This document shows positions 60,301 to 64,000 of a stretch of DNA of 64,000 nt, in pieces. The translations under genes and the position numbers were made by a program. Each line of letters opens with the position of its first letter. Positions within the stretch are counted from its first letter, which is position 1. Source of the stretch: Ylistrum balloti. Its lineage: Eukaryota. Location: contig NW_026782361.1 in NCBI RefSeq assembly GCF_031769215.1, positions 930,001 to 994,000 on the forward strand, given 5' to 3'. The notes beneath the pieces are model-generated. The model did not search any database. It was not told where the DNA came from and saw only the letters and a program-made list of their open reading frames with translations.

Positions 60301-63164
60301 TTACCTGTAAAACACAAAAGATCACATTTATATGGTTTCAGTCAAGATTTAAATGACATACTGCTATTATATACATTGTACATCTAAATCTGAATTAAAA
60401 TTAACATCAACAAATTAACTGGAATTAATTAAACAAAACAATATGTAATCCTGGTAAATACTAACTGAAATATACATGTATCACTTGGTTTGAGAGAAGT
60501 TCTCTAGCAGCATGAATCAGTTGTGCTAATTCCTCTTCAATTTGATCATTTGACATAAGTACACATAATTCTTATTCAAACCTAAAATATCTTTATTATA
60601 TATTCCAATCATGTAAGCTGGGTCCTAACAGGCAGAAACATATCACAATCAGCCATAGTAGAACACACCATTTAGAATTAGCTACTGTCCTTTACTATGT
60701 TCACGTTATAAGGTTGTGTAAACTGATATCCTCCTTATGTACTAGTTATCACTACCAAGAACTTTGTACTCTTTTGTTTTTCTCAAGTTCTATTGATAAT
60801 TATGAAAATTAAATGCACACAAACCTTTAGAATTGGAAGCATATCGACACTTCGGACACTTGAAAGGTTTCAGGTCAGTGTGTATCAGACAGTGTAGCCT
60901 CATGTGTGATAAAGTCTTAAAGATCTTCTCACATACACAACAGGAGAACAGTGACAGGGACGTGGTCACCATTCGTGCTGTCATGGGTGCTTTCTCGTTC
61001 AGATCCTGGGCTATGGCATGTTGTTTAAACATGGAGTCTACTCCACTGAGATCAACATTCATCTGCTGTTCAAACTTTAGCTTTTCTTCCTCAGATGTAA
61101 ATATTGGCAGGTCTGTGATGAAATCAGCAGGTTTTTCCGTACGAGTATTGTCAACATCTGGATCAGCCAGCACCTGTACCCCATCTGTATTCTCCACCTT
61201 GTCCCATCCTTCCTCATTTGCACTCTTCTGTGGCTCATTTATCTTGAAGTCAGAATCGTTATCCAGAATTTCATCTTCTTCAACATCAGATGGATGATCT
61301 TCCTCTATATGATACACATGATCATCCTTGGACTCCAGGTCTTCTTCAATATCGTCTACATCTGAAATACCAGAAGTTATACTCTACAATACAGTTCCGT
61401 ACACGGTTACTTACCTCCTCACAAACAGCCATATATCATACACTACTCATGATCATTATGGAAGAGACAGTTAAAATACACATATCGTTATCATATCAAG
61501 AACTAGGAATTATAAACATAACAACGAAAACAATATGATGTATATGATGTACTTGTACCATGATGACTCGCAAAAAGTAAAAAATTTTGAGACTATATAC
61601 CACCACATAGGTAAATAATGTGTTGATATTGTTATGATTTGTATCAAGGTCAAGGTCAATGAGACAGACAATAATTTGTGGGCATTGTTATTATACCTAG
61701 GTCAAAGTTAATGATACAGTCTATAAAACACCACAGACAATGATATCACAACAGTTATAATACTTAGGTCAAGGTCAATGACAAAGTTGATAAAAAACCA
61801 CAGACAATAATGTGTGGACATTATAATGATTCCTAGGTCAAGGTCAATGACACACTCTATAAAACACAACTGTCAATGATGTCACAGCATTATTATGATT
61901 CCTAGGTCAAGGTCAGTGACAGTGTCTATAAAACATATCTATGATATATACCTCAGACTGTGCAATATTTTACAACATGAAGTTTGCAGCTTTTATCATT
62001 TACATAGAACACCACAACGATGAGAGAATAATAATGCTTTACCTAGATCTAGGTCGATCACTTGTTTCCTTGTAAGGTCCACATAATCAGTTGTTCCCAT
62101 ACATTTGTGTGTATTAAAGAACCTCTCCTTGGTAAATGACCGTTTACAGCTGGAGCACACGAAGCGACCATCAGTACCTGTAACAGACATTCATATATTT
62201 TGATTCATTTTCAAATTCAGAATATCATACAGTGTACATGCTTATCTCCTGAAGACATTATTTAGTCCAGTAACAGTTCTTTTTTGTATCATTACTGAAG
62301 ATCTTGTATAGCTGACATTATTTGTTGTCAGTTTGAATCAAGAGTATTTGTAGTACTCAATGACCTGTCCACAATGACATGAGATCTCAGCAAGATCACA
62401 AAGGGATCCACCATTGTATGGCTTTTATCACTTTTATATAAGCTGGATTATTTTCCTTCTTCTCTTCTGTCATCGTATTTTCCTGTAGCATTTTGTTTCA
62501 TCCATCGGTCCCAAAATTGAACATGCACAACAAAGGATCAATTGAAATCAAATATGAAATTTGAGAATAACTGATTTTATCCCTCTAAAGAATTAGCCAA
62601 AACAAATTTAAACTGTAAATCCAAACCGGCTGCTTGCAGGCCATTTTGTTTTTCTAATCAATCCAAGAAAAAAAAGAGACCAAAGGAAAATTACACATTA
62701 GATTTGAGAATAATCCATCAGGTACTAAGAAAGCCATCTATCAGCCATATTGTTATTCTAATCAGTCCTAAAATTGACCTGCACAACTGGGGACTTAGAG
62801 GTCTACATATGAAATGAGAAAGATCTATCCACATCTTCTCACAAAAAAATGTTCTACTAGTAGGCTACTTTCAAAATCCAAGATGTATTCATTTCATTTT
62901 TCAGATCAGTCTCAAACTAGAGACTGCGTGGAATTTTCATAGGAAATTTGATAAAGATCCATCTGATAACAAATATTGTATAAGGAAAGATACAGATAAC
63001 AGATGACTGTTGAAGGGTGATTTGAATAGCCAATCGTCTGCTGATGGCAGGCTAAAACAGGTTATATTTACCTATATCTGGTTTGGAAGGTTTCGAGGGA
63101 GGTTTTTCTTCAGGCTGCTTACGAGCTGAACCTTTCAGTTTTGGTCGGCCTCTTTTCTTCCCAA
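53371..63164 (-). CDS. ZFAT: zinc finger and AT-hook protein, 5'-partial: 12 exons, about 1180 aa, AT-hook plus 18 fingers in the window
   Basis: Exons 63164-63072, 62177-62043, 61361-60825, 60304-59357, 59119-58691, 57910-57682, 56592-56480, 55853-55574, 55376-55028, 54761-54665, 54213-54137, 53634-53371; phase-consistent. KKRGRPK AT-hook; CHVCNRKFKKKVDRDRHLFVH, KFLSTIRL, FGTEECEYCGKL..DTHLRTHT, SELQKHIWIHEGIKPYKC..CRSKNNL.AHM.RH and SAVSILQQIIDM match recalled human ZFAT motifs in order. Confidence 0.88.
57340..57366. repeat. (TA)n microsatellite
   Basis: Uninterrupted TA run adjacent to the hammerhead-like motif at 57452-57493. Confidence 0.9.
61640..61940. repeat. ~69-bp degenerate tandem repeat carrying AGGTCAAGGTCA, about 5 units, in a ZFAT intron
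   Basis: AGGTCA doublets start at 61647, 61766, 61835 and 61904; variant AGGTCAAAGTTA at 61699. Confidence 0.8.
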
Positions 63165-63594
63165 CTAATGAGGAAGGAGATAGCGCACAATAAAAAAGTT
63201 TGTACATTGAAAGTAAATTACAGAAAACCCTTTTGGTATAAGGGTAAAATTTTGATTAAGGACATTTTCCTAATGTTATAACACTTTCACTTTTACACCA
63301 ATTTAAAATAAGGAACCTCTTTAAACAACATTCGTGAAGATAATGCAGAACAATATACGCACATTCCATGCAAAAGAAATATTCATAATTTACTGCACTG
63401 TAAATCACTTGGATTTCAAGAATACTTTATTTTGCATACTTTCATATTTTTCAAGCAACTGTGACTCTGATCCTTAACATATCAGTTTCAGATTTTATAA
63501 CTCTAAATATCTTATCTGTAGATTTCAGTTCACTTTTAAGCATTCAAACAATTTCAAAAGATGCTTTTGTGTAAACATACATTATTGTTACAAG

Positions 63595-64000
63595 TGTGGG
63601 GGTCTGTCTGTAGTTACCTAGCGTGAAGGTTTATATGTGGTTACCTGGTGTGAAGGCCTGGGTGTAGTTACCTGGTGCGATGACCTGTGTGTAGCTTCCT
63701 GGTATGGGGTTCTGTGTAGAGTTACCTATTGAGAGGGACTGTGTGAAGTTGCATGGTGTAGAGTTCTATGTGTAATTACCTAGTTTGGGGTTTTGTGTGT
63801 AGTTACCTGGTGTGGGAGTCTGTATGTAGTTACCTAGTGAGGGGTTCTGTGTGTAGTTACCTGGTGACAGGGTCTGTGTGTAGTTGATTACCTGGTTTGA
63901 AGGTCTGTGTTTAGTTACTTATTGAGGGGTTCTGTGTGTAGTTACCTGGTGTGGGAGTCTGTATGTAGTTACCTAGTGAGGGGTTCTGTGTGTAGTTACC
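63595..64000. repeat. 27-bp minisatellite (GTAGTTACCTGGTGTGGGAGTCTGTAT-type), runs off the window
   Basis: AGTTACC recurs at 63801 and 63828; about 15 units. Confidence 0.9.

Noticed and set aside
61410-61445. Strong minus-strand donor GAG|GTAAGT in a ZFAT intron
   Set aside because: No frame-preserving upstream acceptor was found; it could only be a cryptic or poison micro-exon, which needs RNA data.
62340-62490. Purine-rich minus-strand stretch that looks like an extra ZFAT exon
   Set aside because: In the required phase 1 it reaches TAA after about 11 codons; the flanking exons already join in frame.

Overview
AT-rich, intron-rich animal genomic DNA, not prokaryotic. The repeat families suggest a bivalve mollusc (inference). 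The first ~19 kb holds no recognisable host gene: a decayed Tx1/L1-like LINE, a near full-length but dead pogo DNA transposon with intact TIRs, an internally deleted CR1 LINE, tRNA-derived SINE-like heads and several minisatellite arrays (60, 36-42, 43 and 41 bp units). From 20 kb to the end lie five conserved genes in strictly alternating orientation: POMGNT2 (-), CIBAR1/FAM92 (+), EXOSC4 (-, with a GC-AG first intron), neurochondrin NCDN (+, 18 coding exons) and a ZFAT orthologue (-, 5' end beyond the window). Exons were reconstructed by hand and are phase-consistent. Protein identifications rest on recalled human sequences, not database searches. No clear novel multi-gene system was found. 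The best leads are two degenerate minimal hammerhead-ribozyme-like motifs, an invertebrate ZFAT, hairpin-bearing related satellites, and several insertion/deletion events that can be reconstructed from the sequence.
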